Virus record (IMG/VR): IMGVR_UViG_3300032242_000723
Span: 1 to 64,000 of that record
Direction: 5' to 3' (one strand)
Length of the DNA stretch: 64,000 bases
A program made the position numbers and the translations under genes. The notes under the pieces were generated by a model. That model did not search any database. It had not been told where the DNA came from and was given only the letters and a program-made list of their open reading frames with translations. This document shows, piece after piece, positions 19,575-29,905 of this stretch (its first letter is position 1; each line of letters starts with the position of its first letter).

Positions 19575-20357
19575 TTAAGTATACATCGTTAAAATATGTT
19601 CGATGATTCTATGTCTTCTGATATCCTTTGTATCAAATTCACAAGCAATCATGCCTGGAACGGAATGTTTTTGGATCCTGTGCTTGAGGTCTAACAGCCC
19701 ATTATCGGGTGTTCTACGATCAGTTTGTTCTACATCTCCAGTAATGACTATCTTACTGCCCTCACCAATTCTAGTCATTAGCATTTTCATCTGGCTAGGT
19801 GTAGCGTTCTGTGCTTCATCTAAGATGATCCAACTGTCTTTGAAGTTACGGCCACGGCAGAAAGCGAGTGGTGCAATCTCAATGATTTGTTCTTCAACCA
19901 TACGTTCAAGTTCGTTTGTAGAATAGAACTCTCTTAGTACGTCGAATAGAGGCCTTACCCACGGTTCCATTTTTTCGTTGAGATCGCCAGGTAAGAACCC
20001 ATGCTTCTCATCGTCAACTGCAACTGCAGGTCTAGTTAGTAGTATTTTTTCACAGTCTCCTTGTCTCATAGCTTTTATTGCTGCTAGCATAGCAAGATAC
20101 GTTTTTCCAGTTCCAGCAGGTCCAGAAACCACTACGATATCTGTTTCAGGGTCGGTCAATGCGATGATGTATTTTTCCTGATTTATACTCTGTGGTATTA
20201 GATTGATTGGTTTTCTGTACTGTCTGGATTGTCCTTGGTTAAAGTCGATAGTCTTGGATTCTTTCCTGTAAAAAGTTTTACTTTCGGATTCTTCTGAATA
20301 TCTTCTCGTTGAACGTGTGTCTTTCTGTCTAAGGGCGCTAGTTTTGCGTTTAGTCAC
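19575..20357 (-). CDS. phoH: PhoH family ATPase
   Basis: GPAGTGKT, LTRPAV, GFLPGDLNEK, PLAFCRGRNF, ILDEAQN, TRIGEGSK, GDVEQTD. GTG start at 20357 after SD AGGAGA; TAAATA upstream. Confidence 0.95.
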   Translation of the reverse strand: MTKRKTSALRQKDTRSTRRYSEESESKTFYRKESKTIDFNQGQSRQYRKPINLIPQSINQEKYIIALTDPETDIVVVSGPAGTGKTYLAMLAAIKAMRQGDCEKILLTRPAVAVDDEKHGFLPGDLNEKMEPWVRPLFDVLREFYSTNELERMVEEQIIEIAPLAFCRGRNFKDSWIILDEAQNATPSQMKMLMTRIGEGSKIVITGDVEQTDRRTPDNGLLDLKHRIQKHSVPGMIACEFDTKDIRRHRIIEHILTMYT

Positions 20358-20479
20358 TAATGTTTCTCCTAATTTGATACACTGTTCGAAGACTAGTCTT
20401 GTCTTCACATGTATTTAAAACGATAGGTGTAAGTAAACTATTAGCATGTAGGAATTTGTTTCCTAGCATAAATATTAAT

Positions 20480-21247
20480 CTACGACATCGGGCACGACTT
20501 GCACTTGTTTCCGTGCCATCTCTTATAGTTAGATTTTCCTTTTCCTTCAATGTTGCAATGCTCACATTTCCAAACTGTTTGAGTAGGATGAGTTTCGGTG
20601 ACTGGTTTTAGAAAAGAATGAGTTCCATTATTGACGAGGCATTGTTGTGTGCGTTTCGATATCTCTCCACCTAAAAACGGATGAGTTCCGTCTTCTACCA
20701 TCTGTCTTTGTATATCGCCACTAAGAAAGTGATGGGTACCGTCTGCTATGCGTTTAGCATTAGATTTGCGTTGGACATCTCCGCCTAATAGATGGTGTGT
20801 TCCTGCAGCAACACGAGATAGTTGCACTTTTTTACTCAGTTCACTGCCTCTATCCCCGGAAAAAGGATGAGTTCCGGCAGCAACTCTTTTTATCGCCCTT
20901 GCAGATTGATTTTCTCGATCTAACCAGGGGTGTGTTCCGTCTTTTACCCTTTTGTTGTTGATTTTGGATGCTAGCTCGGATAATTCCGTAGTAGATTTAT
21001 TCATCCTTAATGCAATCGCATAGCAGGCTCCCCAATCAGATTGGTTGTGGTGTATGTCATAATGCTCTTGTATAGGAACGGCGATAAGATTTGTGATGGC
21101 ATCGTTGTGATGATCACCGTCGATATGATGAATATCATATGATCTACCTTCCCCGTCCTTAGGAATGCTACCATGGTGTTTTTTGTATATATTTCTAGCA
21201 AGGTGAGTTAATCTTTTGGGCTGTTTGGGCTTAGAATAAATAGTCAT
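20480..21247 (-). CDS. Free-standing HNH homing endonuclease (HEG3)
   Basis: YDIHHIDGDHHNDAITNL; six GTHxF/W/L repeats; WKCEHC...WHGNKC. Confidence 0.88.
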   Translation of the reverse strand: MTIYSKPKQPKRLTHLARNIYKKHHGSIPKDGEGRSYDIHHIDGDHHNDAITNLIAVPIQEHYDIHHNQSDWGACYAIALRMNKSTTELSELASKINNKRVKDGTHPWLDRENQSARAIKRVAAGTHPFSGDRGSELSKKVQLSRVAAGTHHLLGGDVQRKSNAKRIADGTHHFLSGDIQRQMVEDGTHPFLGGEISKRTQQCLVNNGTHSFLKPVTETHPTQTVWKCEHCNIEGKGKSNYKRWHGNKCKSCPMS

Positions 21248-21316
21248 AGCTGATACTCCTTTACAGTATTAGAGTAGTCGGAGAGGTTAGAGACTCGTGG
21301 ACTACATCTTTATTTA
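21248..21316 (-). promoter_or_regulatory. Conserved HEG leader, copy 3
   Basis: TAAATA AAGAT GTAGTC CAC GAG tctctaacct CTC C GACTAC TCTAA TACT gtaaagg AGTA TCAGCT ATG; compensatory changes in both stems. Confidence 0.85.
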
Positions 21317-21338
21317 GTCAAGAAAGATAAATACTTTT

Positions 21339-21932
21339 ATGAGTGATTTACCAGCAGATAAGTTTTGGAACGATGTGGACTTCGTTAGCATCGTTGACAC
21401 CATCAAAAACATATATATGAGCGATGGCTCCATGTCTACCCTATTGGACTTTGAACGAGTATTAGACGAAGCTGATCTCTATGCATTTAAGAATTGGATC
21501 TTTGGTGAGTTAGTTCAAGGGCCGACAATAGGTAGATATTCAGCAAAGTGTATCTTTATGTGGCCATATAAGATGATGCCTGATCCACGCGGAGCACTTA
21601 GATTGCTTAACGTGGGATGTAAAGTTACATTTGGTAAAGGTCAGCTTGAAGTCCCAGTACAAGTACAAGACTATGAAGACTTTGTACCAGGAACTCGCTA
21701 TCCTAAAATGAAAGAACGTAAAGTTTGGTTCGTTCAAATCCAGATTCCATTCGAGTTAATGGACGATATCAAGGAAGGTTCTATCGATCTTGCTGACTCG
21801 ACTATCGATCTGTCCGATATCGAAGATGCGTACAACGAAGATTTAGACGATTCGACTCAAACTGAAGATTCAGGGCCAGAAACTCAAGCTGATCAAGCTC
21901 AATCTATGGGCGGCATGCCGCCAGCATTGTGA
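21339..21932 (+). CDS. Conserved hypothetical late protein
   Basis: 197 aa with acidic tail; GATAAATA at 21326. Confidence 0.7.
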   Translation: MSDLPADKFWNDVDFVSIVDTIKNIYMSDGSMSTLLDFERVLDEADLYAFKNWIFGELVQGPTIGRYSAKCIFMWPYKMMPDPRGALRLLNVGCKVTFGKGQLEVPVQVQDYEDFVPGTRYPKMKERKVWFVQIQIPFELMDDIKEGSIDLADSTIDLSDIEDAYNEDLDDSTQTEDSGPETQADQAQSMGGMPPAL

Positions 21933-21940
21933 GATAACAT

Positions 21941-22543
21941 ATGAAAAGATTAATTGAAAGCCTAGATTATATGGATATGGAAGGTCAATTGGATGATGTC
22001 ATCACCGTTGACGAATATTCAGCTAAGATGGGTAAAGATAGTGACATTGTTACACTTACATTTATTATAAATTCTGAACAAGCTGCTAAAGACTTGACAA
22101 GCTGGTTCGAGCGTGGCTATGACTTTGTTCTTGATGCCAGCGTGAGTGACGGTGAATTGGAACCTGGTAAATATCTAGTCTTTGTTGAGATGAGACGTAG
22201 GTCAACTGTGCCTGATAAAATATGTCAGTTACTAGAAGATTTAGAAACACTAACTGGTATGAAGATGAAAGACTGGAAAGTCAGTATCGAAGACGAAGAA
22301 TACGATGCTGATCCTAAGGTACTCGCTGATCACATGATATTAAATCCAAATCAATACAAGATGGAAAAAGAAACCGAAGAAGATAAAGAAGACGAAAAAG
22401 AAGACAAAGAAGAAGAAACTGAAGAAACTGAGGACGAAGACAAACTCAACGAGTTTCGCATTCGTGCAGGGATTGAACCATCTAAAGTAGTATACGAGAA
22501 TGATGAATATATTATGAATCTAAAAGCTATGGCAGGCATGTAA
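21941..22543 (+). CDS. Putative head-associated protein
   Basis: MKRLIE|S N-terminus, E/D-rich linker, LNEFRIRAGI and LKAMAGM motifs. Confidence 0.6.
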   Translation: MKRLIESLDYMDMEGQLDDVITVDEYSAKMGKDSDIVTLTFIINSEQAAKDLTSWFERGYDFVLDASVSDGELEPGKYLVFVEMRRRSTVPDKICQLLEDLETLTGMKMKDWKVSIEDEEYDADPKVLADHMILNPNQYKMEKETEEDKEDEKEDKEEETEETEDEDKLNEFRIRAGIEPSKVVYENDEYIMNLKAMAGM

Positions 22544-22544
22544 T

Positions 22545-23033
22545 ATGATTATGATAATGCCTGCCAAAGAGGTCGGAGAAGAACTAGATATTATTGCTCG
22601 TAATGACGACCATTATGATTCAATGGTCAATGATGAGGGATTTATGGGACAAGTGCAACAGCGTAACGATCAAGCAAATCAGATGATGAATCTGAATAAT
22701 GCAGCATTAACTCAAGCAGGAAACAATGCTGCTCAAAACGCAGAAGTATTAGTCAAGAATGACAATGAAGACTGGATCAATAAGAAGTGGCGTCCAGCAA
22801 TGGGTTGGATGTACATGGCAGTATGTGTTGCCGACTTCATTATCTTTCCTGTAGCTTGGTCAGTATTACAAGTCGTAAGTAAAGGTAGTGTTACTACACC
22901 TTGGCAACCAATCACCCTTCAAGGTGCAGGACTATTCCATATCGCAATGGGTGCTGTTCTTGGTATTGCTGCATTTGGCCGTACTCAAGAAAAGATTCAG
23001 GGTGCTGCTAATATTGACACTGCGGTAAAATAA
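22545..23033 (+). CDS. Holin (3TM/GTA-type)
   Basis: WINKKWRPAMGWMYMAVCVADFIIFP...LFHIAMGAVLGIAAFGRTQEK. Confidence 0.75.
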   Translation: MIMIMPAKEVGEELDIIARNDDHYDSMVNDEGFMGQVQQRNDQANQMMNLNNAALTQAGNNAAQNAEVLVKNDNEDWINKKWRPAMGWMYMAVCVADFIIFPVAWSVLQVVSKGSVTTPWQPITLQGAGLFHIAMGAVLGIAAFGRTQEKIQGAANIDTAVK

Positions 23034-23036
23034 TAC

Positions 23037-23065
23037 TTGACATATTCTATTAAGTGTAGTATCAT
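23037..23065 (+). promoter_or_regulatory. Sigma70-type promoter
   Basis: TTGACA-17nt-TATCAT upstream of dnaJ-clpA. Confidence 0.75.
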
Positions 23066-23071
23066 CTAAAG

Positions 23072-23884
23072 ATGGATCATTATACAACATTGGGTGTAAG
23101 TCGTACTGCTACCCAAGACGAAATCAAAAAAGCATTTAGAACATTAGCAATGCAACATCACCCAGACAAGGGCGGCGATCTCGCTAAGTTCCAAGAAATC
23201 ACTAACGCATATGAAACACTAAGCGACCCTAATAAACGTGCCATTTACGACAACCCTGCCCCTCAAAATCCGTTTGGACAACATCCAGGTAATCCGTTTG
23301 GACAACATCCAGGAAATATATTTGATCAATTTGACCTTAACAGCATTTTCGAACATGCATTTGGTAGAGGAGGTGGATACGGTGCCCGGCAGCAAAAGCC
23401 AACATATCGTACTAGGGTAATGGTGTCTTTACTAGATGTGTTTAATGAAGCTGAACAGACTATGCAGTTAGATACGCCTCAAGGTAGAAAAGTTGTAAAC
23501 ATCAAGATTCCGCGTGGTATACATACAGGTAATCAGGTTCGATATGATAATCTAATCGATGACTCAGCGTTGATCATTGAATTTGTAATATTAGATGATC
23601 TTAGGTTCACCCGTCAAAGAGATGACCTTACTGCAACGGTGCCTATCTCAGTTTTGGATCTGATCGTAGGTAAAAAGATTCCGTTTACTACACTTGGAGG
23701 AGTCATGTTAGACGTTGATATTCCTCCCGGAACACAACCGACATATCAAATCCGGGTAGCAGGTCATGGGATGCCAACTGCTAACGGAGGTCGAGGCGAC
23801 CAAATACTATTGCTAAAACCATTCATTCCAGCTAATATAAGCTCTGATATTATTGACAGTATCAAGCGTAACCAAACTACTTAA
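23072..23884 (+). CDS. dnaJ: DnaJ/CbpA-like co-chaperone
   Basis: J domain (DHYTTLGV...IKKAFR.LA..HHPDKGG) plus C-terminal domain; no Zn finger. Confidence 0.92.
   Translation: MDHYTTLGVSRTATQDEIKKAFRTLAMQHHPDKGGDLAKFQEITNAYETLSDPNKRAIYDNPAPQNPFGQHPGNPFGQHPGNIFDQFDLNSIFEHAFGRGGGYGARQQKPTYRTRVMVSLLDVFNEAEQTMQLDTPQGRKVVNIKIPRGIHTGNQVRYDNLIDDSALIIEFVILDDLRFTRQRDDLTATVPISVLDLIVGKKIPFTTLGGVMLDVDIPPGTQPTYQIRVAGHGMPTANGGRGDQILLLKPFIPANISSDIIDSIKRNQTT
23267..23314 (+). repeat. 24-bp tandem duplication (NPFGQHPG x2) in the DnaJ G/F linker
   Basis: aatccgtttggacaacatccagg occurs twice in tandem; coordinates approximate. Confidence 0.75.
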
Positions 23885-23895
23885 AGGATTAAACA

Positions 23896-26163
23896 TTGCA
23901 ACCTTCACCAGAAATCGAAAACATCATTGAACGTGCCATTGAAGCAGCAAAGGAACGTAAGCATGAATATTGTACTACAGAACATTTGCTACTAGCACTT
24001 GTCTCTCATCCTCCCTTCAAGAAATGTTTGGCAAGTTTCCAAATTGAAATTGATTTGATGCTCAATGAGATTGATGCATATCTTAATGGTCTACATGCTA
24101 TTGAGTCAGCGAATCCTGATTTCAAACCAAAGCGTACCAACACACTTGAGCGAGTCATGAACCGCAGTGTTACGCAGGTTCTCTTCACCGGCCGCCGCCA
24201 AGTTCAAACGATTGATCTGTTTCTAAGCATTGCTCAAGAAGCTAACTCCCACGCTCACTATTTCTTATTGAAGTATGGTGTAGGCAAGGCGGACTTTCTT
24301 ACGCACTGGCAACAAACATACAAGGGCGGTGACTTTGCAGCAGTTACTGAAACTCAAGCTGACGAAATCCTTGAAGAGTATACTACTAATCTAACTCAAC
24401 TTGCACGACAAGAGAAGTTAGAACCAGTCATTGGTCGTTCTAAGGAAATCGATGACATCATTAACGTTCTTGCTAAGCGGTTCAAGAGTAACGTATTGAT
24501 GGTTGGTGATCCCGGTGTCGGTAAGACTGCTATTGCTGAAGGCATCGCAAACGCAATCGTCAACAACGAAGTCCCTGAGTTTTTGGAAGGTTACGAACTC
24601 TATTCGCTTGAAGTTGGTTCTTTGCTCGCAGGTTCTAAGTATCGTGGTGACTTTGAAGAAAAGGTCAAGAACATTCTTGAAGCACTTGCTGTTAAGAAGA
24701 AGTCTATCCTCTTTATTGATGAAGCACACACGATGAAGGGTGCAGGTAACTCAGGTAACAGCGGTTCAGTTGACTTTGCTAACATGATCAAGCCTGCTAT
24801 CACTAAGGGCACGATTAAGTTGATTGCCTCAACGACTTGGGAAGAGTTCTATGAGTCGTTTGAAAAGGATCGTGCTTTGATGCGTCGTTTCTATCGCGTC
24901 TCCATTGATGAACCTTCACATGACTCAACTGTTCGCATTCTTGCTGGTCTATCTACACGCTTGAACGACTTCCACAGTGTTAATATCACTCAAGAAGCAA
25001 TTGAAGCAGCGGTTGAAAGTGCTGATCGTTATATTCATGATCGTAAGAACCCTGACAAGTCTATTGACTTGCTAGATGCTGCATGTGCAAAGCAACGTGT
25101 TCTCATGAACAAGGATGCAATCATCACTAAGCAGTTGATCTTTGATCAAGTTGAGAAGTTCACTGGTGTCCCTGCTGACAAGTTGTCAGGTGATAACTTT
25201 GAGCTAATCACTAATCTAGAATCCAATGTTAAGGATAAGCTCTATGGTCAAGACGAGACTGTAGACAAGGTACTTGAACGGGTGTATGTGTCGTTTGCTG
25301 GTATCGGCAACGATAAGAAGCCCATCGCAAGTTTCTTGTTCTTGGGCCCAACTGGCACGGGTAAAACAGAATTGGCTAAGCTGCTGTCTAAGAACTTAGA
25401 TATGCCACTTCTCAAGTACGACATGTCGGAGTACAGCGAGAAGCATAGCGTAAGCGGCTTGATTGGTCCTCCCCCAGGCTATGTGGGCTTCAGCGATTCG
25501 CAGGTGCAGGGCGGACGTTTGATTTCAGACTTGAGCAAGAACCCTCATTCAATCATGCTATTTGACGAAGTTGAAAAGGCGCACCCCGATATCTTCAACA
25601 TCTTCTTGCAGATTTTGGATGAGGGACGCATTACTGGTTCTAATGGTAAGGAAGTCTCGTGTAAGAATACGATTATCATCATGACTTCAAACTTGGGGTC
25701 TGCTGATAGTGAGCGTAACAACATCGGCTTTGGTAAGCAAGAGAAAACCGGTGAAGACGAGAAGGCTCTTAAGGAGTTCTTTAAGCCTGAGTTCCGTAAT
25801 CGTCTTGACATGGTATGCAAGTTTACTAAGCTGGACATGCTTTCTATCAAGAAGATCGTTATCAAGTTCCTCGATGATGTCAAGAAGCCACTTCTTGAAA
25901 AGCACAACATCACGCTTAACCTAAGTGAACCAGTTGTCGAGTATCTTGCTGATAAGGGCTACGATAGCAAGATGGGAGCACGACCACTCTCTCGTAAGAT
26001 TGATGAGTTGATTAGGGTTCCTCTCTCAAAGAAGATTCTCTTTGAGCGTATCTCTAACTCAAACATCATTGCAGTATTGGAGAATGATGAGATCGTTTTC
26101 CAAATCACTCAAAAGCAAACTGCAAGGATCGGTGAAGATGGAGTTATTGAAGTTGAAGGTTGA
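23896..26163 (+). CDS. clpA: ClpA-type AAA+ unfoldase
   Basis: Clp N domain (HEYCTTEHLLLAL), GDPGVGKT, FIDEAH, GPTGTGKT, LFDEVEKAHP, IGF loop (NNIGFG), KPEFRNRLD, GARPL; TTG start. Confidence 0.93.
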   Translation: MQPSPEIENIIERAIEAAKERKHEYCTTEHLLLALVSHPPFKKCLASFQIEIDLMLNEIDAYLNGLHAIESANPDFKPKRTNTLERVMNRSVTQVLFTGRRQVQTIDLFLSIAQEANSHAHYFLLKYGVGKADFLTHWQQTYKGGDFAAVTETQADEILEEYTTNLTQLARQEKLEPVIGRSKEIDDIINVLAKRFKSNVLMVGDPGVGKTAIAEGIANAIVNNEVPEFLEGYELYSLEVGSLLAGSKYRGDFEEKVKNILEALAVKKKSILFIDEAHTMKGAGNSGNSGSVDFANMIKPAITKGTIKLIASTTWEEFYESFEKDRALMRRFYRVSIDEPSHDSTVRILAGLSTRLNDFHSVNITQEAIEAAVESADRYIHDRKNPDKSIDLLDAACAKQRVLMNKDAIITKQLIFDQVEKFTGVPADKLSGDNFELITNLESNVKDKLYGQDETVDKVLERVYVSFAGIGNDKKPIASFLFLGPTGTGKTELAKLLSKNLDMPLLKYDMSEYSEKHSVSGLIGPPPGYVGFSDSQVQGGRLISDLSKNPHSIMLFDEVEKAHPDIFNIFLQILDEGRITGSNGKEVSCKNTIIIMTSNLGSADSERNNIGFGKQEKTGEDEKALKEFFKPEFRNRLDMVCKFTKLDMLSIKKIVIKFLDDVKKPLLEKHNITLNLSEPVVEYLADKGYDSKMGARPLSRKIDELIRVPLSKKILFERISNSNIIAVLENDEIVFQITQKQTARIGEDGVIEVEG

Positions 26164-26746
26164 GATTCGTCCAAGCTTATATTACAAAAAATATAAGTAT
26201 AGAGCTTTGATAAAAATTCCAAATGCTCGAGGATTTCCTACACGTTATCATCGATCTCTATCAAACGATAAGGTAATGCTTACGACCATTAGAACCTTTA
26301 TCGGGGAAAATATTGAGGGTAACAGTCGTAGATACACTTATAGCGGAATTTCATTCTATAGTAATGATTTAGGTGCAGTCAATGAGTTCTATGCATTGAG
26401 TTCAACGCATTCTAAAGAAATCTTCGAGGCTGAGATAGGACCGCAAGGTATTAAGACATTCAAGAAGGACCCGCCTGCTAAGTACAGAGCCTATCTCAAA
26501 GACAAGAAGATAGAATCAACTGTTAGAGATGAGTTGTGTGAGTTCTTTGTTAACAATCCAAAACTGAAACCAAACAGGCCATTACATAGGTTCGTTCGAC
26601 CAGAAAATACATATAGCTTTAGCCATACATGGATTTATTCCGGGCAATACTTTGACTACGATGATCCAGCAATACTAACATATATGACCTTATTATTTCC
26701 TGGTATAATCGGTAAGACCTATAAATTAGAAAAGCAACAAAGTTAA
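26138..26746 (+). CDS. Hypothetical protein
   Basis: Within ORF-track 26042..26746; likely start is ATG 26138, overlapping the clpA end. Confidence 0.6.
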   Translation: MELLKLKVEIRPSLYYKKYKYRALIKIPNARGFPTRYHRSLSNDKVMLTTIRTFIGENIEGNSRRYTYSGISFYSNDLGAVNEFYALSSTHSKEIFEAEIGPQGIKTFKKDPPAKYRAYLKDKKIESTVRDELCEFFVNNPKLKPNRPLHRFVRPENTYSFSHTWIYSGQYFDYDDPAILTYMTLLFPGIIGKTYKLEKQQS

Positions 26747-26776
26747 GATAAATACTCTATAAAATGGAGTATTTTC

Positions 26777-26941
26777 ATGGCTAAAATGATCGAAGACGTT
26801 CTCGTAATCAAACTAAGCAAGCTCGTTAAAGACACTGATTCATCTGATGGTATCGTAACTGAAGATGTACAGTCTGCTCTTGAACAAGTTGCACAAGAAC
26901 TAGTAGGTGACGGGGTCTTAGTAGAGATTGTGAGAGCGTAA
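26777..26941 (+). CDS. Small late protein (54 aa, below the ORF-track cutoff)
   Basis: MAKMIEDVLVIKLSKLVKD...GVLVEIVRA; GATAAATA at 26746, SD GGAG, TAATG coupling to the next gene. Confidence 0.7.
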   Translation: MAKMIEDVLVIKLSKLVKDTDSSDGIVTEDVQSALEQVAQELVGDGVLVEIVRA

Positions 26942-27327
26942 TGTCTCAATCTACTACTCTGATCCTGTTCCCACAAACTGCCTATATCAATCCTGGCAAT
27001 GGTGCTCCTTACACTGTAACGAGTAACTCACAACCTGCGGCCGCATATTATCTAGGAAACAGAGACTTGCAAACTGTCAACATCAGTCTAACAAACTGCA
27101 CTGGCAACATCGTGATTGAGGCTACATTAGCAGCAGCACCAGGTGATATTGATTGGTTCAGAGTATTTGAACTTAACGCGAATGCTAATGCTGTAGCAAA
27201 CTCTGCTCCGCAAATCGCATCTAACGCTCGTATGTACACTAACATTGATGGCAACTTTGTTTATATGAGGGCAAAGGTCGAAGACTTCCAAGGTGGCGGC
27301 GTCAATTTTATTAAGTTGTCATATTAA
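26941..27327 (+). CDS. Putative virion protein
   Basis: 128 aa, beta-rich, in a late operon. Confidence 0.6.
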   Translation: MSQSTTLILFPQTAYINPGNGAPYTVTSNSQPAAAYYLGNRDLQTVNISLTNCTGNIVIEATLAAAPGDIDWFRVFELNANANAVANSAPQIASNARMYTNIDGNFVYMRAKVEDFQGGGVNFIKLSY

Positions 27328-27916
27328 GCCTAGTCATTCCAGGATAATATCCGGGCGGGCACTCAATACAGAAAGTAATGGTTACGCCATTTGTAAACCA
27401 CTTCTTTCCCTCTCTAGATTTTCGGATATTATCAATATGTTCCGGTGAATGCGGAATGTTCTTCTTCCATGCACCTTTCTTAGCATTAGTCTCTGCACTT
27501 GCTGGTGGCCTTGCTAATGCTCGTGTACGCTGCTGTTCTTTGAATTCAGGACTACGCTTTCCGTTAGATTTTCCTAACTTGCGGAGGCGCTGTGCTTCTT
27601 TTTGTTCTTGAGATTGTTTCAGTCCGGCTATGCCATCGCCACCATCTGTGCGATTGCGTAATATCCCAGTACCAATATCTTTTCGGCCATACCACCTAAT
27701 CATTCTACGTTCAATCGCTTGGGCACCTATTTCTGATAGATTATGTTCTAGGATTATTATTCTTGACAAATCTTTTGGAGTTTGATATTGTTCATTCTTA
27801 GCATGTTTCCAACGTCTGTCTTTGCCCTTCCCTATATAATAAGGAGTGCCGTCAGTACGCAAATAGGCATACACATAAAACCCTACAGGGTGATTAGGAT
27901 AATGATAAATATTCAT
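27311..27916 (-). CDS. Free-standing GIY-YIG-like homing endonuclease (HEG4)
   Basis: [19 protein letters not shown]...R...H...A..IE..MI..YGR...G.L.N.TDGGDG plus basic C-terminal DNA-binding repeats. Confidence 0.78.
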   Translation of the reverse strand: MNIYHYPNHPVGFYVYAYLRTDGTPYYIGKGKDRRWKHAKNEQYQTPKDLSRIIILEHNLSEIGAQAIERRMIRWYGRKDIGTGILRNRTDGGDGIAGLKQSQEQKEAQRLRKLGKSNGKRSPEFKEQQRTRALARPPASAETNAKKGAWKKNIPHSPEHIDNIRKSREGKKWFTNGVTITFCIECPPGYYPGMTRLNMTT

Positions 27917-27983
27917 TGCTGATGTTCCTTCTTAGCATTAGAGTAGTTGGGACTGCCATCCGCGAACTACATCTTTATTTATC
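27917..27983 (-). promoter_or_regulatory. Conserved HEG leader, copy 4
   Basis: GATAAATA AAGAT GTAGTT CGC GGAT ggca GTCC C AACTAC TCTAA TGCT aagaagg AACA TCAGCA ATG. Confidence 0.85.
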
Positions 27984-28021
27984 ATTAACTGATAAATATA
28001 TCTAAGAAAAGAGTTACCACA

Positions 28022-28783
28022 ATGGGCGGCAAAGCAATACCAGATTCCAATCCAGTAGACAAGAAAGATATTTCTGGAGTTCTTGCCACTGCGAAGAAAA
28101 TCATCCCTGCACAGTTACAAAAGCGTATGGCTGGCGACATTGGTTCTGCTGGTTGGAAGTTAGATCCAGCTGGGGACATTGATGTAATGATTGAAGCAGA
28201 TGATCTGGTTGATTTGTTTGATACGCGATCTAACCCAAAGGATCCTGTGTTAGCCGCAAAGAAAGAACTTGAAAAATACTTTATTGACAAAGGTATTCAA
28301 GCCAAAGTCAATGGACGCAATGTCAGCATCGGTGTCCCCTATTCAAATGGTCTCGCACAAGTAGATGTCATGGTCATACAAGATGTTAATCTCGTTGCAC
28401 CATATCATCAGCATGGACCTCGTGGTGCATACAACGATCCAAGTTTCAAGGGTCAACCAATCTTTTTACTTATGAACAGCCTAGGCAAAGCTTTAGGCTT
28501 GAAGTTTGATGCGTTCGGTGCTAAACTAATGAAACGCGATGACAATAGCGTTGTTGCCCGTGACAGAGATAGTGTTGCTAAAATATTGTTAAATCCTAAA
28601 GCAACTGGAGATGATCTAAACTCAGTGAAGAGCATCATGACCGCATTAGAGAATGACCCACAAAAAGATGCTAAGTTAGCACAGGCTCGCGATGACGAAG
28701 CAAAAGGATTGATTGAACTTACAGAATCATATACTGTAGGCAGCAACGAATGGTTTAGAAAACTATTGGATCGTATGCAATGA
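28022..28783 (+). CDS. Pol-beta-superfamily nucleotidyltransferase
   Basis: IGSAG...GDIDVMI (GS + DxD) and a downstream QVDVM third acidic residue. Confidence 0.7.
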   Translation: MGGKAIPDSNPVDKKDISGVLATAKKIIPAQLQKRMAGDIGSAGWKLDPAGDIDVMIEADDLVDLFDTRSNPKDPVLAAKKELEKYFIDKGIQAKVNGRNVSIGVPYSNGLAQVDVMVIQDVNLVAPYHQHGPRGAYNDPSFKGQPIFLLMNSLGKALGLKFDAFGAKLMKRDDNSVVARDRDSVAKILLNPKATGDDLNSVKSIMTALENDPQKDAKLAQARDDEAKGLIELTESYTVGSNEWFRKLLDRMQ

Positions 28784-29898
28784 AGATTCGTGAGATCATC
28801 ACTGAGAGTAAACGATTGAACGAAGGTGTCGGTCGTGAACTACAACATGTTGAAGACATCATATACATTGATGGCCCAGAAGCAGCATTGGAAGTCGTTA
28901 ATCGTTTAGCACAACTTGGTCAAGATTCCAAAACAATGACTATCAAGTGGGACGGAAGTCCTGCTGTGGTGTTTGGTCGTGATGATAGTGGTCAATTCCA
29001 CTTCGGTGATAAACACTCCAAAGAGATGATTACCTCACCCGATGCTATTGCTCAGCTTGTTATGAGCCGTGCTTACAAGGGCAAGGGTGACCCTCAAGTA
29101 GATGCCGATAGAAAGAAGTTCGCAGCATCACAATCACACATTTGGAAGTTATACGAAGCAGCAACACCAAAAGACTTTCGTGGATTTGTCACAGGTGATT
29201 TAATGTGGCAACAAACACCTGAGGTAGTCGGGAACGAGCTAGCTATAGCACCTAACACAGTTCAATACTTTGTTAATCGGTCTACTCCGCTTGGTCAAAA
29301 AATGGCTCGTAGTAAGTCAGGTGTAGCATTACACTTCTACTCTAAGGTCTTTGGTGGAGAAACACAGTCAATCACCCCAGATATTCTTAATCGTCTTGGC
29401 TCAAATGATGTAATCGTATTAGGTCCGAAATCTGTAGCAGAAGCACAAGCTAAGGTAAACACTAAAGAACTTGAAATGCTTGCCGCAACTATCAAGAAGT
29501 CAGCAAAGATAGTCAATGATTATCTGGCACCAATACCTGGTTTGTCTAATATAGCTAATGATATTTACACCTATACTAACTCTAATGCTGACGTGTTAGA
29601 TTCAAAGCACTTCATGGAATGGGCATCTACTAAGTTTACAAGTAAGAAGATGGCTAACTTAGAAGCTAAGGGAACACAGGGACTTGATGCAATATTCAAC
29701 ATCATGCGTCAGTTCATGAAAGTCAAAGTAGATATCATTAATCAGTTAGAAGGTCCTGGTCTAGGTGGAATGGGTATTCGTGCTGTATTGAAGAAGACTG
29801 GTGACAAGGGTGGAGAAGGTTTAGTTGATACCGGATCAGATCAGCCATTGAAGTTTGTTAACCGTGCGACCTTCTCTAAAGCAAACAGGATGCGATAA
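28780..29898 (+). CDS. Ligase/nucleotidyltransferase-like protein with a capsid-targeting-like N-terminus
   Basis: MKIREIITE|S; motif I-like TIKWDGSPA; GDLMW; GEGLV...KFVNR. Confidence 0.6.
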   Translation: MKIREIITESKRLNEGVGRELQHVEDIIYIDGPEAALEVVNRLAQLGQDSKTMTIKWDGSPAVVFGRDDSGQFHFGDKHSKEMITSPDAIAQLVMSRAYKGKGDPQVDADRKKFAASQSHIWKLYEAATPKDFRGFVTGDLMWQQTPEVVGNELAIAPNTVQYFVNRSTPLGQKMARSKSGVALHFYSKVFGGETQSITPDILNRLGSNDVIVLGPKSVAEAQAKVNTKELEMLAATIKKSAKIVNDYLAPIPGLSNIANDIYTYTNSNADVLDSKHFMEWASTKFTSKKMANLEAKGTQGLDAIFNIMRQFMKVKVDIINQLEGPGLGGMGIRAVLKKTGDKGGEGLVDTGSDQPLKFVNRATFSKANRMR

Positions 29899-29905
29899 AT
29901 AAGAC

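Noticed and set aside
22375-22440. GAAGA-rich low-complexity stretch
   Set aside because: Simply encodes an E/D/K acidic linker.
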